Shown here piece by piece: positions 62,246 to 64,000 of a DNA stretch of 64,000 nucleotides. The translations under genes and the position numbers were made by a program. Position 1 is the first letter of the stretch. Each line of letters opens with the position of its first letter. This DNA is from Acidimicrobiia bacterium (GTDB lineage Bacteria > Actinomycetota > Acidimicrobiia > Spongiisociales > ZC4RG35): the NCBI GenBank assembly GCA_965215185.1, contig OZ244034.1, forward strand, positions 416,001-480,000. Reading direction: 5' to 3'. The notes beneath the pieces were generated by a model. The model made no database searches, was not told where the DNA came from, and saw only the letters and a program-made list of their open reading frames with translations.

Positions 62246-63737
62246 CTCGCCAATGTCCTCTGGACCTTTATCCATAGTTGCCGCAGGCGCGGCGTTGCGC
62301 TCGGGGGAAACAACGGCCATCGAACTTCTGGCCGCGGTGCTTTCCCGGGCAGAGATGACCGAGTCGGAGTTGCACTGCTATCTCAACCTGGATCGGGAGG
62401 GTGCCCTGGAAGCCGCGGTGAGGGCCGATCGGCAATTGGAGAGGGGTGAGGACCGGGGACCTCTTCACGGCATCCCGGTGGCGGTCAAGGACAACATGTG
62501 CACCCGAGGACTGGAGACCACCTGCTCCTCGCAGATACTGGCTGGTTATCGCCCTCCCTATGACGCCACCGCGGTCACTCGCCTGCGGGAGGCGGGAGCA
62601 GTGATCGTGGGAAAGACCAACCTGGACGAATTCGCCATGGGCAGTTCCACCGAGAACTCGGCCTATGGGCCTACTCGCAACCCCTGGGACACCGAGCGGG
62701 TGCCCGGGGGTTCTTCGGGAGGTTCCGCGGCGGCGGTGGCGACGGGTTCGGCGCTCGCCGCGTTGGGTTCGGACACCGGTGGTTCCATTCGCCAGCCCGC
62801 CTCCCTGTGTGGGGTGGTGGGGATGAAACCCACTTACGGTTTGGTGAGCCGGTACGGTTTGGTGGCCTTTGCTTCATCTCTCGACCAGATTGGACCCCTC
62901 ACTCGCACCGTGGAGGACGCCGCGGTGTTGCTGGAGGCGGTGGCCGGGCATGATCCGGCAGACGCCACCTCCTATCGCGGTCCACTCCCTGACTTCACGG
63001 CTGGTTTGAAGGGCGGTCTCAAGGGCCTGAGGGTGGGGGTGGTGAAGGAGTTGGGAGGAGAGGGTTATCAGCCACAGGTGCTGGGGGCCACCAACCAGAT
63101 GCTGAATCTATTGGCCGAGCAGGGCGCGGAAGTGATGGAAGTCTCGCTGCCGCTCTTCGAAGTAGCCCTGTCCGCCTACTACCTGATAGCTCCCGCCGAG
63201 TGCTCGGCCAACCTGGCCCGCTTTGACGGGATGCGCTATGGGCTCTCGATCAAGGGACCAACGGCTTCTGCCACCATGGCGGAGACCCGGTCCGAAGGGT
63301 TTGGTCCAGAGGTGATCAGACGCATTCTGCTGGGCACTTATGCCCTCTCGGCCGGGTATTTCGACGCCTTCTACGGGCAGGCCCAAAAGGTGCGATCACT
63401 GCTGCAGATCCAGTTCGACCAGGCATACCGGAAGGTGGACGTGTTGGTCTCCCCGACCACCCCCACCACCGCCTTCCGGCTGGGTGAGAAGACCAGGGAC
63501 CCCTTGGCCATGTACCAAAGCGACATATGCACCATTCCCTCCAACCTGTCCGGACACCCGGCCATATCGGTGCCGATCGGTCTCGATTCAGGAGGACTGC
63601 CTATCGGGTTCCAAGTAATGGCTCCGGCTCTTGGCGAGCAGGTAATGCTGAGAGTGGCTTCGGAGGTGGAGCGGTTGGCGGCATTCGATGCACTGCCCCT
63701 ACCGGCGCTGGCCCCACCCACCGGGGTGCCACTGTGA
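62238..63737 (+). CDS. gatA: Asp/Glu-tRNA amidotransferase subunit A
   Basis: [39 protein letters not shown]. Confidence 0.97.
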   Translation: MTDSPMSSGPLSIVAAGAALRSGETTAIELLAAVLSRAEMTESELHCYLNLDREGALEAAVRADRQLERGEDRGPLHGIPVAVKDNMCTRGLETTCSSQILAGYRPPYDATAVTRLREAGAVIVGKTNLDEFAMGSSTENSAYGPTRNPWDTERVPGGSSGGSAAAVATGSALAALGSDTGGSIRQPASLCGVVGMKPTYGLVSRYGLVAFASSLDQIGPLTRTVEDAAVLLEAVAGHDPADATSYRGPLPDFTAGLKGGLKGLRVGVVKELGGEGYQPQVLGATNQMLNLLAEQGAEVMEVSLPLFEVALSAYYLIAPAECSANLARFDGMRYGLSIKGPTASATMAETRSEGFGPEVIRRILLGTYALSAGYFDAFYGQAQKVRSLLQIQFDQAYRKVDVLVSPTTPTTAFRLGEKTRDPLAMYQSDICTIPSNLSGHPAISVPIGLDSGGLPIGFQVMAPALGEQVMLRVASEVERLAAFDALPLPALAPPTGVPL

Positions 63738-64000
63738 ACTGGGAACCGGTGGTCGGTATAGAGGTCCACGTGGAACTGGAGACCGTATCCAAGATGTTTT
63801 GCGGATGCCGCGTCTCTTTCGGAGATCCACCCAACACCAACATTTGCCCGGTGTGTCTGGCTCTGCCCGGCTCACTTCCCGTTCCCAACCGGGAGGCCAT
63901 CGAGCGGATCATCCGCGTGGGTTTGGCTCTCAACTGCCGGATCAATCCCCGGTCGGTATTTCACCGGAAAAACTACTACTACGCCGACCTGCCCAAGAAC
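63734..64000 (+). CDS. gatB: Asp/Glu-tRNA amidotransferase subunit B, 3'-partial
   Basis: [21 protein letters not shown]...[11 protein letters not shown]. Confidence 0.96.
   Translation, partial: MNWEPVVGIEVHVELETVSKMFCGCRVSFGDPPNTNICPVCLALPGSLPVPNREAIERIIRVGLALNCRINPRSVFHRKNYYYADLPKN

Overview
High-GC bacterial chromosomal window, most consistent with an Acidimicrobiia-type actinobacterium. This is inferred from many apparently leaderless genes, the dapCDE, iscS-mnmA-ligA and gatCAB blocks, and Calx-beta/FN3 surface proteins of the kind common in marine or sponge-associated lineages. The 1-13.4 kb region is an accessory catabolic island: a peptide-type ABC importer, CocE hydrolase, threonine aldolase, two phosphotriesterase-like paralogs, an amidase, GntR and an Ldh_2 oxidoreductase. 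At 13.5-22.3 kb, an ADH / M24 / PEP-utilising-enzyme operon lies divergent from a tandemly duplicated EamA-MFS pair, and each copy is preceded by a conserved 5-codon leader ORF. The 22-48 kb region holds pepA, lipoproteins, ligA-mnmA-iscS, Calx-beta adhesin-like genes directly downstream of toxin-antitoxin modules, and an in-frame copZ-copZ-copA array. The 48-64 kb region holds dapCDE, a decaying inositol (iol) cluster and gatCAB. A ~3 kb element sits inside the 3' end of an iol-cluster SDR gene with a 16-bp duplicated core; it carries a tRNA-like mini-element, coupled Cys-rich microproteins, a MITE-like unit and a TnpB/nucleotidyltransferase chimera. No rRNA, complete tRNA or CRISPR array was seen. 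All calls come from reading the sequence; no searches were run.
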